A DNA stretch of 64,000 nt from Mycoplasmatota bacterium (GTDB lineage Bacteria > Bacillota_I > Bacilli_A > MAG-NZ), in the NCBI GenBank assembly GCA_018394315.1, contig CP074575.1, forward strand, positions 1,396,615 through 1,460,614, in the 5' to 3' direction. Made by a program: the position numbers and the translations under genes. The notes under the pieces are model-generated. The model made no database searches and had not been told where the DNA came from. It saw nothing but the letters and a program-made list of their open reading frames with translations. Of the stretch, positions 10,249 to 20,272 are shown in pieces (the first letter of the stretch is position 1; every line of letters begins with the position of its first letter).

Positions 10249-10806
10249 ATGAGAGTTATAGCTGGTGAATTTAAAAGAAGAAATCTTCATACCTTAAAAG
10301 GAATGAATACTCGGCCTACTACTGCTAGGAATAAAGAGAATATATTCAATGTTATTGGACCATATTTTAATGGTGGAACAAGTTTAGATATGTTTGGAGG
10401 TAGTGGTAGTTTAACTATTGAATCTTTATCAAGAGGTATTGAGAAAGCAATTATAATAGACAATAGTAAAGAGGCTATCTCTGTTATTAAGAAGAATATA
10501 GAAATGCTAGATATAGAAGATAGAGTTAAATTATATAAAGACGATTATATGAATGGTTTGAAAGCTCTTGCTGATAAGAAAATGTCGTTTGATCTTATCT
10601 TGATTGATCCACCGTTTAGAATGCTCGTTATAGATGAAATAATTGATTTCATAGACAAGAATAAGATGCTGAATAAAGACGGTATAATAGTTGCTGAGTT
10701 CTATAAAGATAATATTTTTGAGCAAGAGTTTGAAGAAATTTATTGTTATAGATTTTTGGATTATGGAACGAGTCATATTAAACTATATACAAGAGGTGAA
10801 AGATAA
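10249..10806 (+). CDS. rsmD: 16S rRNA m2G966 methyltransferase (YlbH)
   Basis: MRVIAGEFK, TRPT, LDMFGGSG, FDLILIDPPF; upstream of coaD. Confidence 0.93.
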   Translation: MRVIAGEFKRRNLHTLKGMNTRPTTARNKENIFNVIGPYFNGGTSLDMFGGSGSLTIESLSRGIEKAIIIDNSKEAISVIKKNIEMLDIEDRVKLYKDDYMNGLKALADKKMSFDLILIDPPFRMLVIDEIIDFIDKNKMLNKDGIIVAEFYKDNIFEQEFEEIYCYRFLDYGTSHIKLYTRGER

Positions 10807-11285
10807 TGAAAGTTGGTATTTATCCAGGTAGTTTCGACCCTGTTACTTTTGGTCATCTAGACATAATTAAAAGAGCAACTAAAATTTTTGATAAGATTAT
10901 TATTATTGTAGCCAATAATCCTATGAAAAATACCTTATTTTCAATTGATGAGCGTATTGAGCTTGTTAAAGAAGTGCTGAAAGATTATCCTATGATTGAA
11001 GTTGAGACTTTCTCAGGTTTGACTGTTGATTGTGCAAAGAAATTTAGTGCAGATGCTATTATTAGAGGATTAAGAATGGTTACAGATTTTGAGTTCGAAT
11101 TCCAAATGAATTTAGCAAATAAAGTTATGAATGTGGATGTTGAAACAGTTTTTCTAATGACCAAAGTCGAAAATTCTTATATTTCATCTAGTTTAGTTAA
11201 GGAGATTCATCAACTAGAAGGTGATATATCAAAATTTGTACCTGAATGTGTTAAAAAAGCGTTGGATGAAAAATCACTCAGATGA
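10806..11285 (+). CDS. coaD: pantetheine-phosphate adenylyltransferase
   Basis: YPGSFDPVTFGH, IRGLR, ISSSLVKE. Confidence 0.97.
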   Translation: MKVGIYPGSFDPVTFGHLDIIKRATKIFDKIIIIVANNPMKNTLFSIDERIELVKEVLKDYPMIEVETFSGLTVDCAKKFSADAIIRGLRMVTDFEFEFQMNLANKVMNVDVETVFLMTKVENSYISSSLVKEIHQLEGDISKFVPECVKKALDEKSLR

Positions 11286-12275
11286 GTTTTTTCTTATTAA
11301 AAGTAAAACTAAGAATAGATATATCAAAGAATAGTAATTTTTAGTAACAGTAACAGCTTCTATGTAGAAGAAATTAAATATAAGTAATGTGATAAAGAAA
11401 CTTAATATACCTTGCACAAAACGAGCAATTAAATATTTCATATAGCTTAATTTTTCATATATTAACGAATAAACTTGTAAATGTATTGCAATACCCGCAA
11501 AACCGAGAGTGAAGGATGCTAAACCGACTAATAGTTTTAAATCCTCATCTGAGTCTGCAATGTATTGAATACCTGAAACGAATTCAAACATTCCGTTAAT
11601 TATCAAGTAAATTATAGTAGTTTTGTTTTGAATGAATTCGGTTAGAACCAATTTTATTACATTTATAAATACTATGAAACCTGCAATATTTAAAACTACT
11701 TGAATGTTTTTTGATATAGATTCAACTATGTTAGTGGACTTAATATCATCACTATTTGAAGTGAACTTTTCTTTAGGTCGATTAAATAAAGCTATAATAA
11801 AATTTGATGAGTAATGACTTATCAACAGTATTAAACCTACCGTATAGTTCTTAAAAAATGCTATTCCAAATACATTATATATAAATATAGGATTAGCAAA
11901 TGATGTAAATGATAAAATATAGTTTGCTTCTGCTATTGAAATCTCATCTTTTTCGATGAGATTTTTTAATATTCTAGCTGAAGAGGGGTTTCCAGCAAAG
12001 ATTGATAATATTATTATAACACTAGATCTTTTGCTAATATTAAAGAGAAAAGAGAATAAAGGAGATAAGAAACTTCCTATTTTATTAGTCAAATCATTTT
12101 GAATAATTAGATCAGTTACTATGAAGACTGGAAATAAAATTGGTAAGACGTAATTAACCCAAAGGATTAATGATGAAGTAACATTTTCTTTGATTTCACT
12201 AGGTGAAATTATTATTAAATAAAATAGAAAACAAAACAAAAGATATTTTAAATATTTCATCTTCATCATCCTCAT
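11274..12275 (-). CDS. ylbJ: sporulation integral membrane protein YlbJ-like (exact start uncertain)
   Basis: LWxxxVLPILFP, GNP, FANPIFI, SHYSS motifs; rsmD-coaD-ylbJ synteny as in Bacillus; upstream ATA-16 nt-CATATTAT resembles a sigma-E promoter. Confidence 0.75.
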   Translation of the reverse strand: MRMMKMKYLKYLLFCFLFYLIIISPSEIKENVTSSLILWVNYVLPILFPVFIVTDLIIQNDLTNKIGSFLSPLFSFLFNISKRSSVIIILSIFAGNPSSARILKNLIEKDEISIAEANYILSFTSFANPIFIYNVFGIAFFKNYTVGLILLISHYSSNFIIALFNRPKEKFTSNSDDIKSTNIVESISKNIQVVLNIAGFIVFINVIKLVLTEFIQNKTTIIYLIINGMFEFVSGIQYIADSDEDLKLLVGLASFTLGFAGIAIHLQVYSLIYEKLSYMKYLIARFVQGILSFFITLLIFNFFYIEAVTVTKNYYSLIYLFLVLLLIRKNSSE

Positions 12276-12381
12276 AATTAATAATATGAGATTATAAGGT
12301 AAAATATAATTTTAAAATGTTTGACAAACCTAACAAAGTTCTATAAAATATGTCTAGATGATGAAAAGGGAGAAGAACAAA

Positions 12382-12603
12382 ATGTTGTTGAGTGATTTGG
12401 AAATAGGGGAAAGTGCAGTTATAAGTGATATGAGTAAGATTGATAAATCTTTTAGAAATAGATTGATGGACATTGGAATTTATAGGGGTGCAAGAGTTCT
12501 TTTAGTAAATAAAATGAGTTTTGGTAAAATGCTTGTAGTTGAAGTTGATGACGTAGAAATTTGCATAAGAAGAACAGATGCTGAAAGGATTGAAGTAAGA
12601 TGA
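12382..12603 (+). CDS. feoA: ferrous iron transport protein A
   Basis: LSDLEIGESAVI...RLMDIGIYRG; upstream of feoB. Confidence 0.9.
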   Translation: MLLSDLEIGESAVISDMSKIDKSFRNRLMDIGIYRGARVLLVNKMSFGKMLVVEVDDVEICIRRTDAERIEVR

Positions 12604-14603
12604 GGTTTTTATTAACGGGGAATCCCAATGTCGGAAAGTCGACATTTTTCAATGTAATGACAAAGTCAAATGTAAAGGTTGCAAATTATACTGGAATTAC
12701 AGTAGAAAGAAATACTAAGAGTATAAAAGGGAATGGGAGATTATTTTTAGTAGATTTACCTGGTACTTACAGTGTGTTACCGAATTCAGAAGATGAAGGT
12801 GTAGTTACTCATGCTTTATGTCATGACCATTACAATGGAATAGTAAACATAGTAGATTCAACACATTTAAAAAGAAATCTACATTTTTCAATTCAGCTTC
12901 TAGAGTTAGGTGTACCAACTATAATAATTGCAAATATGATTGATGAACTCAAACGTAGTGGATTTAAATTAGATGAAAAAAAGTTAGGAGAATTACTTAA
13001 TGTTGAAGTGGTCTCTATGACTGCACTAAAAACAACCGATAAGGACTTAGATAGTATATCTAGTATTTTAAATAGAATGCCTCCTAAAAAGGCCTTAGAA
13101 ATTAATTATGGAGATGTAATAGAAAATGCAATTGAATCAATCAAATCATTGTTAAGATATGAGACATTACATGTAAAAAAGAGATGGTTAGCGATTCAAA
13201 TTTTAGAAGGAAATGATAAAATATTAGACTATATTAACTTAGTTAAAAAGAAAGAAATAATGTCTATTGTTTCTGAGACTGAGAAAACTTTGATTAATAA
13301 TAATACAGCATTATCATTAAAAGGTGCAATCTACTATATAAGAAAAGAATTTATTTCAAACACCTTAGACCAATGTTTGGTTCAAGTAGATGAAAAAAAC
13401 CATCTTAAAAATACGAATAAGCTGTTGGATAAATACTTAACTCATCCGATTTTCGGAACAATGATTTTTTTCTTAGTTATGATTTTGATTTATCATATAA
13501 GCTTTGGAAGTGGACTCCTTGGATTAGGAAATTATCTGACCGGAATATTTGAGGTAATATATGATAAATTTTTAGAATTATCTAGAATAGGCTTAGATGC
13601 AATTGGGTTTAAAGAAAGTGAATTTCTCAACCAATTATTAGTTGATGGAGCATTAACGGGTGTTGGTGGTGTTTTAGTATTTTTACCACAAATAGTAGTA
13701 CTATTTATTTTACTTTCACTAGTCGAAGGGACTGGATATATGTCCCGTGTAGCGATAAGTATGGATGGAATGCTAGCTAAGTTTGGAATGAATGGTAAAA
13801 GTATAGTACCAATAGTAACAGGATTTGGTTGTACAGTACCTGCAATAATGGCAACAAGAACTATAAGTAACAGAAAAGAAAGAATATTAACTATACTTAC
13901 ATTACCTTTTATTTCTTGTGCTGCAAGATTACCGGTTTATGGTTTCTTCGTATCGATATTCTTTGAAAAACATCAAGCATTAGTAATATTCTTTATTTAC
14001 ATATTAGGTGTAGTGATTGCATTATTAAGTGGTAAAATATTTTCTTTAAGTATTTTTAGTGATGTAAAAACTAATTTTGCAATTGAATTACCACCTTATA
14101 GATTACCTCATTGGAAAAATATAATCTCACAAGCTTTAGATAAAGCAAAAGGGTTTATTAAAAAGGCAGGGACTTATATCCTTGTAGGTTCGATTGCGAT
14201 ATGGTTTTTAATGGCTGTTGGTCCTGACGGTGTTACGGATATACCGGATCAAAGTTACTTAGCATATATTTCGCAATTCTTCAGTCCAATATTTATTCCA
14301 TTAGGATTTGGGACTTGGCAAGCAACTAGTGCTGTCTTCACAGGGGTATTAGCTAAAGAAGCAGTTGTATCATCATTAGCAGTGATATATGGCGCTAAAG
14401 ACGTTATAAGTGCAACATTTAATAGTGTTACAGCGTTAACCTTTATTGTATTCATTTCATTATATACCCCTTGTATTGCTACAATTGGTACAATTCGTGC
14501 TGAAACAAATTCTAGAAAATGGACAATATTTAGCATAATGTATCCATTAGTAGTTGCATATTTAGTAGCGTTATTAGTTAAAAGTTTTATATTATTATTT
14601 TAA
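12600..14603 (+). CDS. feoB: ferrous iron transport protein B
   Basis: GNPNVGKST, NYTGITVE, DLPGTYS, GFGCTVPA, SCAARLP. Confidence 0.96.
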   Translation: MRFLLTGNPNVGKSTFFNVMTKSNVKVANYTGITVERNTKSIKGNGRLFLVDLPGTYSVLPNSEDEGVVTHALCHDHYNGIVNIVDSTHLKRNLHFSIQLLELGVPTIIIANMIDELKRSGFKLDEKKLGELLNVEVVSMTALKTTDKDLDSISSILNRMPPKKALEINYGDVIENAIESIKSLLRYETLHVKKRWLAIQILEGNDKILDYINLVKKKEIMSIVSETEKTLINNNTALSLKGAIYYIRKEFISNTLDQCLVQVDEKNHLKNTNKLLDKYLTHPIFGTMIFFLVMILIYHISFGSGLLGLGNYLTGIFEVIYDKFLELSRIGLDAIGFKESEFLNQLLVDGALTGVGGVLVFLPQIVVLFILLSLVEGTGYMSRVAISMDGMLAKFGMNGKSIVPIVTGFGCTVPAIMATRTISNRKERILTILTLPFISCAARLPVYGFFVSIFFEKHQALVIFFIYILGVVIALLSGKIFSLSIFSDVKTNFAIELPPYRLPHWKNIISQALDKAKGFIKKAGTYILVGSIAIWFLMAVGPDGVTDIPDQSYLAYISQFFSPIFIPLGFGTWQATSAVFTGVLAKEAVVSSLAVIYGAKDVISATFNSVTALTFIVFISLYTPCIATIGTIRAETNSRKWTIFSIMYPLVVAYLVALLVKSFILLF

Positions 14604-14635
14604 AGGGCTTGTCCCTTTTTTCTTTAAGGGGAATA

Positions 14636-15496
14636 TTACCCCACTGGTATTTTTATTTTTTGACCGACTTCTAGAGCTGGAGAAGTTAAGTTGTTTGCAT
14701 TCAATAATTCCTGTACAGATATTCCAAACTTTTGAGCTATTAGAAAAGCACTATCATTTGGTTTTACTGTGTATATTTCAAAATCAACTGGCGCAATATA
14801 AGGAACCATAATTCTTTGACCTTCGACCAACATGTCATTCTGTAAATCATTAATTTTACGTAAATTCTCAACTGTAGTATTAGTCTTATTAGCTATACTA
14901 AATAATGACTCATTTGGTCTTACTATATAAGTAATGTACTTAGGTTCTTTATAAGGCTTACCTAAATATTCTGCAGTACCTTTTACAATAGCTTCTGCAT
15001 AATTAGGCCAGTTATAATTTAATTTACTTTTGTCTACGCTGTTGTCGGCAAATCCATACTCTACAATTACAGACTGTATTGGCCTTGTATCTCTATGGAT
15101 ATAATAAAAATCATTACCTAATCTATTTTTTCTTGTATAAATTGCACGGGTATCTTGACCAGCTTTAAATAACTCATCACTTAACGTATTGGAAAGTTTA
15201 TCATTATCATGAACACTATATATAAACTCTGCCCCTTTACCTCCGCCTGAGTTTATGTGATTACTTAATGTGATTACATCAGCACTTTGGCCGAAAGCAT
15301 TATTAACTACATTAGCTCGGTCTCTAGGTTTTAGAGTTTTATCGGTATATCTACTCATTTTAACAGGAATTCCAAGTTGATTAAATCTATCGAATTGATA
15401 TTTGGAAATATCTAAGTTTAAATTTTTTTCTTTCCATAATTCATTTGTACCACCACCTGGGTCACTACCTCCATGACCAGGATCAATTACTATCAT
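14636..15496 (-). CDS. N-acetylmuramoyl-L-alanine amidase (Amidase_3) with two LysM domains
   Basis: IDPGHGGSDPG, SNHIN, IVEYGF; two C-terminal LysM repeats; no signal peptide; upstream CATATACTA (sporulation-sigma-like -10). Confidence 0.9.
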   Translation of the reverse strand: MIVIDPGHGGSDPGGGTNELWKEKNLNLDISKYQFDRFNQLGIPVKMSRYTDKTLKPRDRANVVNNAFGQSADVITLSNHINSGGGKGAEFIYSVHDNDKLSNTLSDELFKAGQDTRAIYTRKNRLGNDFYYIHRDTRPIQSVIVEYGFADNSVDKSKLNYNWPNYAEAIVKGTAEYLGKPYKEPKYITYIVRPNESLFSIANKTNTTVENLRKINDLQNDMLVEGQRIMVPYIAPVDFEIYTVKPNDSAFLIAQKFGISVQELLNANNLTSPALEVGQKIKIPVG

Positions 15497-15584
15497 TTAT
15501 TTCCTCCTAAATTAATAAATTTCTAATTTAGTATATGAAGTATTAATTTGAATGTTTAACACAAAATAGTGTTAGAGGTGGATT

Positions 15585-15950
15585 ATGGAAAATATATTAA
15601 TAGTAGACGACACTAAAACTAACGCATTGTTGTTAGAATTCATGTTAAGCGATTTTAATGTAAAAAGTGTATATGACTCAAAAAAAGCTTTAAAAAGTAT
15701 AAATGATAACAAGCCAGATATACTCTTACTAGATATAGTAATGCCTGGATATTCAGGGTACGATTTGCTGAAAGAAATAAAAAACGACTCTAATTTAAAT
15801 GATATAAGAGTCATTGTTGTATCGGGATTAGATAACGTTGATGCAAAAGTAAAAGCATTTGAGTTGGGCGCTGATGAATACTTTCAAAAACCCGTTAATT
15901 CTAAAAGACTTTTGAAAGTTATTAGAAACTATGATAAGTTAGTACATTAA
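15585..15950 (+). CDS. single-domain response regulator
   Basis: ILIVDD, LLDIVMPG, GADEYFQKP. Confidence 0.9.
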   Translation: MENILIVDDTKTNALLLEFMLSDFNVKSVYDSKKALKSINDNKPDILLLDIVMPGYSGYDLLKEIKNDSNLNDIRVIVVSGLDNVDAKVKAFELGADEYFQKPVNSKRLLKVIRNYDKLVH

Positions 15951-15981
15951 AGAAGTGATTTAGAAAATCACTTTTAACATG

Positions 15982-16452
15982 CTATATTTTACCATTATAT
16001 TGTAGTATATCTCGGTAAAGTGAACACTTCTTAGAATATTTGCAATCTTTATCTAAATTCTTGCAGCAGCATTTACAATTATATTTATTATCAAACTTAA
16101 CACTATCTATATCTATAAATTCATTTAGATTTGAATCTTTCAATTTGATATTCATTATCCATTCAGGATGATAATATCTTTTTTTAAGTCTTCTTAAAAG
16201 CTTTCTTTTTTTGTTTCGGTTTTTCTCAGATGATTTTATCCAACTTTTCTTTTTCTCATATTCTTTGATATTTATTAAGTCACTTCTATTTTTAACTATT
16301 AAATCGAAGAGATACTTACATGTTAAAAAAGCTCCAGTGCTATTCAACACGATACACGAAGAGTACCCACCCTTAACATCGCCATTATAGTATCTAACTG
16401 AAACTATTATATTTAGTGTATGTATGTTATTTTGTGCAATCGAGATAACCAC
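15982..16452 (-). CDS. hypothetical basic, Cys-rich protein
   Basis: GTG start after AAGGGG RBS; no family recognised. Confidence 0.45.
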   Translation of the reverse strand: MVISIAQNNIHTLNIIVSVRYYNGDVKGGYSSCIVLNSTGAFLTCKYLFDLIVKNRSDLINIKEYEKKKSWIKSSEKNRNKKRKLLRRLKKRYYHPEWIMNIKLKDSNLNEFIDIDSVKFDNKYNCKCCCKNLDKDCKYSKKCSLYRDILQYNGKI

Positions 16453-16816
16453 TTATAGTCCCCCTTACTTGCAATTGACAACTATTTCTCGTGATTATAA
16501 ATTAACACAGTAATTACTCGAAACCTGTTGTATGTTGTCGAAAAAATGATATTTGTTATATAAAATGCTGAATTTTGAAAAAAATAGTCAATAAAACATA
16601 ATATAAACAAATTGCAACAAAAATTTAAAGTTTATTTTATTGATAAAAAAATAGTAATATAGCTTTTGTAATTGTATGAAGTTAAAGTACCATTGTAAAA
16701 AAGAATTATCTATAATAGACAACTAAAATAATCACAAAATAAGTCAAGTAAGCTTGACAACTAAGACAAGGTATAGTAACATAATAGTGTAAAGCTTGTT
16801 TTACATGGAGGATAAT

Positions 16817-17029
16817 ATGAAAAATCATGTTAGAAGGTTGAGAGAAGAACTATCCCTCTCTCAAAGTGAGTTAGGTAAACGTGTTGGCGTTAGTAGACAA
16901 ACAATTAATTCTTTAGAAAATGGAAGATATAATCCATCCATATTACTTGCTTTTAAATTATCAAATGTATTTAAGTCATCAATTGAAAAAATTTTTATTT
17001 ATGAGGAGGTAGAAAATGGAGAAGAGTAA
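16817..17029 (+). CDS. Cro/CI-type HTH transcriptional regulator
   Basis: LSQSELGKRVGVSRQTINSLENGRYNPS; GGAGG RBS. Confidence 0.9.
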   Translation: MKNHVRRLREELSLSQSELGKRVGVSRQTINSLENGRYNPSILLAFKLSNVFKSSIEKIFIYEEVENGEE

Positions 17030-17423
17030 GTTAATAAGTGTTTTTAAAAGTATGAATTTTATTGCCGGATTCGGTGTAACTGCACTCGGCTTAACAGTAT
17101 TTTTATTTGGTCCATCATATATCATTAAGTATATGGGAATTGGAATGGCTATTGGAGTTTGGGGAGGAATACTATTAAATCATTATTATCAAATCCCAAA
17201 ATTATATAAGAATAAAGATGAAAGAGAATTGACATTAATGATTATTGCTATAAGTGCTAGCACAAGCTTTATGGCTGTAGTATTTATGATTCTATTTATG
17301 TTTACTTCAATAGGGAACTTAATTATTTCGATTCAAGAATACTGGGTTATTTTCCTTTCTGTTATAGCAATTACTTTTGCAATTAGATACTTCGGTTATA
17401 AGATGTTAGATTCACTTTTATAA
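17016..17423 (+). CDS. membrane protein co-transcribed with the HTH regulator
   Basis: 4 TM segments, KDERE motif typical of this HTH-partner class. Confidence 0.7.
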   Translation: MEKSKLISVFKSMNFIAGFGVTALGLTVFLFGPSYIIKYMGIGMAIGVWGGILLNHYYQIPKLYKNKDERELTLMIIAISASTSFMAVVFMILFMFTSIGNLIISIQEYWVIFLSVIAITFAIRYFGYKMLDSLL

Positions 17424-17465
17424 CATGAAGTAAAAAATACATACAAAAAAAAAGAACAAAGACAA

Positions 17466-17530
17466 TGTAATGCACCCCAAAATCTGGAAACGGATCAGGG
17501 GTGTTTTTAAATGGCAAAACATAATCTTTT
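17466..17530 (+). mobile_element. solo left-end remnant of an IS3-family element
   Basis: TGTAATGCACCCCAAAATCTGGA matches the IRL of the IS at 26863-28260; followed by AGGGGTG..ATGGCAAAA, mirroring the orfA start. Confidence 0.75.
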
Positions 17531-17713
17531 GTTCCAATTTTTTCACCTTAATAGCATGTGACTCACTATGAAAGATTATAGGAAATAATTGGTTAAATTC
17601 CTAATAATTAATCATGAACAAAATGAACAAAATTATTTTTACTAATTAAATATTGTTGTTGCTATTAACTAATATATAATGTTGAGGTAATAGAAATAAT
17701 AGGAGGAAAAGAA

Positions 17714-19480
17714 ATGAAAAAGAATTTAGTCTTCGCATTAGTTATGGTTATAACACTTTTACTTTCTGCATGTAGTGCAACTGAGGTTGAAAAGCCGATT
17801 GTGAACGATGATACGTTTGTTGCTGGTACATATACTGGAGAAGGAAATGGATTATCAAATAGTATAGGCGTTGAGGTTACGGTGTCAACTGAAAAGATTG
17901 AATCAATAGTATTTACTGAATTTAATGAATCGGATTTTACCGTTGATTTAGCGGACCAATTGATTGAAACTATAATAGAAAACAATGTAGCACAAGCAGA
18001 TACAATTGCTGGAGCAACATTTACATCAAGAGGAACATTAGAAGCTGTAAGAGACGCTTTGTCAAAGGCTTATGTTGATGGGAAGGAACCAGATTATACA
18101 AAAATTGATGTAGATAATGGAGAAAAAACCGATCTTAAAAACATAAGTACTGACGTTGTTGTTATTGGAGCTGGTGGAGCTGGAATGTCAAGTGCACTAG
18201 TTGCTAAAAATAACGGAGCTGAAGTTATTATTGTAGAAAAGATGCCAATTGTTGGTGGAAATACAAAATTTGCAACTGGTGGTTTAAATGCTGCTGAAAC
18301 AAGCATTCAAAAAGCTTTAGGTATCGAAGATAGTGTAGAGCTTTATTATGAAGACACAATGAAAGGTGGAGGAAATTTAAATAATCCTTCATTAGTAGAA
18401 CTGCTAGCTCAAAAAACTAAAGAAACTGTAGATTGGTTAATTGGTTTAGGTGCTGACCTTTCTGATGTTGGTAGATTAGGTGGTGCTAGCGCTAATAGAG
18501 CACATAGACCTACCGGTGGAGCTGCTGTTGGTGGTGAAATTACTGATGTGTTATATGAAAATGTTCAAGAAGCTGGAATTGAAGTAATATTAGAAACTAA
18601 AGTAATTGGAATTTTATCTAATAATGATGAAGTAACTGGCGTTAGAGTTTCAACTAAAGATGGTGAATATGATATTAACGCTAAAGCTGTAATCATTGCT
18701 ACTGGAGGTTTTGGTGCTAATAACGAATTAGTAGCATCATTTGTTCCTGCGTTTGAGGGTTATGGTACTACAAACCATCAAGGTGCTATTGGTGATGTCA
18801 TTGATTTCGCAAAAGATTTAAATGTTTCCTTCATAGATATGGAGTTCATTCAAACTCACCCTACTGTAATTCCTGTAAAGAACTATATGATTACTGAAGC
18901 AGTTAGAGGTAATGGTGCTATCTTAGTAAATAGAAGTGCTGAACGATTTGTAGATGAATTACAAACAAGAAAAGTTGTGTCAGATGCAGAATTAGCTCAA
19001 GAAGGACAAACAGCATTCTTAGTATTTGATCAAGGTGTTAGAGAAAGTTTATCAGCAATTGAAAAATATTATAACAAAGGATTTTTACTTGAATCAGACA
19101 CTATTGAAGGCTTAGCTGAACAAATGGGTGTTCCTGCAGAACAGTTGAAAGCAACTATAGATACTTATAACAGTTATGTTGCTAATGAAAATGATCCTGA
19201 ATTTGGAAGAACAAACTTTGCACGTCCTATTGAAAATGGTCCTTATTATTCAGTAGAAGTTGGACCAGCAGTTCATCATACTATGGGTGGAGTTGAAATA
19301 GACGTAGAAACTCAAGTTTATAACGAAGCTGGTGAAGTTATTAAGGGATTATACGCTGCTGGAGAAGTTACTGGTGGTGTTCATGGTAATAACAGATTAG
19401 GTGGAAACTCATTATCTGATATTACAACATATGGTAGAATCGCTGGAGAAAATGCAGCATATTATTCTAAATCAGAATAA
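17714..19480 (+). CDS. flavocytochrome c-type fumarate reductase lipoprotein with N-terminal FMN-binding domain
   Basis: Lipobox LSAC; DTIAGAT flavinylation motif; GAGGAG FAD site; QTHPT, TEAVRG, HHTMGG, HGNNRLGGNS catalytic motifs. Confidence 0.88.
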   Translation: MKKNLVFALVMVITLLLSACSATEVEKPIVNDDTFVAGTYTGEGNGLSNSIGVEVTVSTEKIESIVFTEFNESDFTVDLADQLIETIIENNVAQADTIAGATFTSRGTLEAVRDALSKAYVDGKEPDYTKIDVDNGEKTDLKNISTDVVVIGAGGAGMSSALVAKNNGAEVIIVEKMPIVGGNTKFATGGLNAAETSIQKALGIEDSVELYYEDTMKGGGNLNNPSLVELLAQKTKETVDWLIGLGADLSDVGRLGGASANRAHRPTGGAAVGGEITDVLYENVQEAGIEVILETKVIGILSNNDEVTGVRVSTKDGEYDINAKAVIIATGGFGANNELVASFVPAFEGYGTTNHQGAIGDVIDFAKDLNVSFIDMEFIQTHPTVIPVKNYMITEAVRGNGAILVNRSAERFVDELQTRKVVSDAELAQEGQTAFLVFDQGVRESLSAIEKYYNKGFLLESDTIEGLAEQMGVPAEQLKATIDTYNSYVANENDPEFGRTNFARPIENGPYYSVEVGPAVHHTMGGVEIDVETQVYNEAGEVIKGLYAAGEVTGGVHGNNRLGGNSLSDITTYGRIAGENAAYYSKSE

Positions 19481-19486
19481 ATAATA

Positions 19487-19526
19487 AAAACCCATAAAGG
19501 TTTTGGTGCCTTTAATGGGTTTTTTT
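19487..19526 (+). terminator. intrinsic terminator
   Basis: AAAACCCATAAAGG...CCTTTAATGGGTTTTTTT. Confidence 0.75.
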
Positions 19527-19593
19527 ATTCTTTCAAAAAATGTATAACGATATTCTAGTTATGAAAATATATAAGTGTAAAGAAGATGATAAA

Positions 19594-20268
19594 ATGAATG
19601 TTATTATAATCGAAGAAGATCCGATGGTTCGAGAAGTAATTCTCGAATATATAAAAGAGGTTAACTCAGTAAGTAAAGTCTATACATCGAATGATATTGA
19701 TATCTCTAAAGAAAAGTTATTAAGTGGAATGTATCAATTACTAATATTAGATATTAAATCCTACAATAATATAGGAATCAGTATTTTAAGAGAAATTAGA
19801 GATAAAATTATTGATATTGAAGTTCTAGTTATTAGTTCTGAAAGTAATATTAATGTAATTAAGAATATAAATAGATACGGAATAGCAGATTATATATTAA
19901 AACCTTTTTCAAGGTCTAGACTAAAAAAATCTATTAAACGTATTAATTGTCAAATAGAAGTTCTAAAGACCTATAAATATATTAATCAAGATGATATCGA
20001 TAGAATTTACGGAAAAAAATACAATTGTGACAATGAAAATACTCGAGGAATTAATACAGAAACTTATGCTAAAATCTTTCAAGTAGTAAAAAAACAAACA
20101 AGTCCTTTTACTACAAAGCATATTACAAATAACATCAGTCTTTCAAGAATAACTGTTAGAAGATATTTAGAATATATGAAAGACAAAGATGTTTTAGTTT
20201 TGGATCAACAATATGGAAAAGTTGGAAGACCAATTAGATATTATAGATTGAAAGAAAGTAAATTATAG
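19594..20268 (+). CDS. CitB/DcuR-family response regulator (divergent receiver)
   Basis: MNVIIIEED, DYILKPF, SRITVRRYLEY...YGKVGRP. Confidence 0.8.
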   Translation: MNVIIIEEDPMVREVILEYIKEVNSVSKVYTSNDIDISKEKLLSGMYQLLILDIKSYNNIGISILREIRDKIIDIEVLVISSESNINVIKNINRYGIADYILKPFSRSRLKKSIKRINCQIEVLKTYKYINQDDIDRIYGKKYNCDNENTRGINTETYAKIFQVVKKQTSPFTTKHITNNISLSRITVRRYLEYMKDKDVLVLDQQYGKVGRPIRYYRLKESKL

Positions 20269-20272
20269 TATT

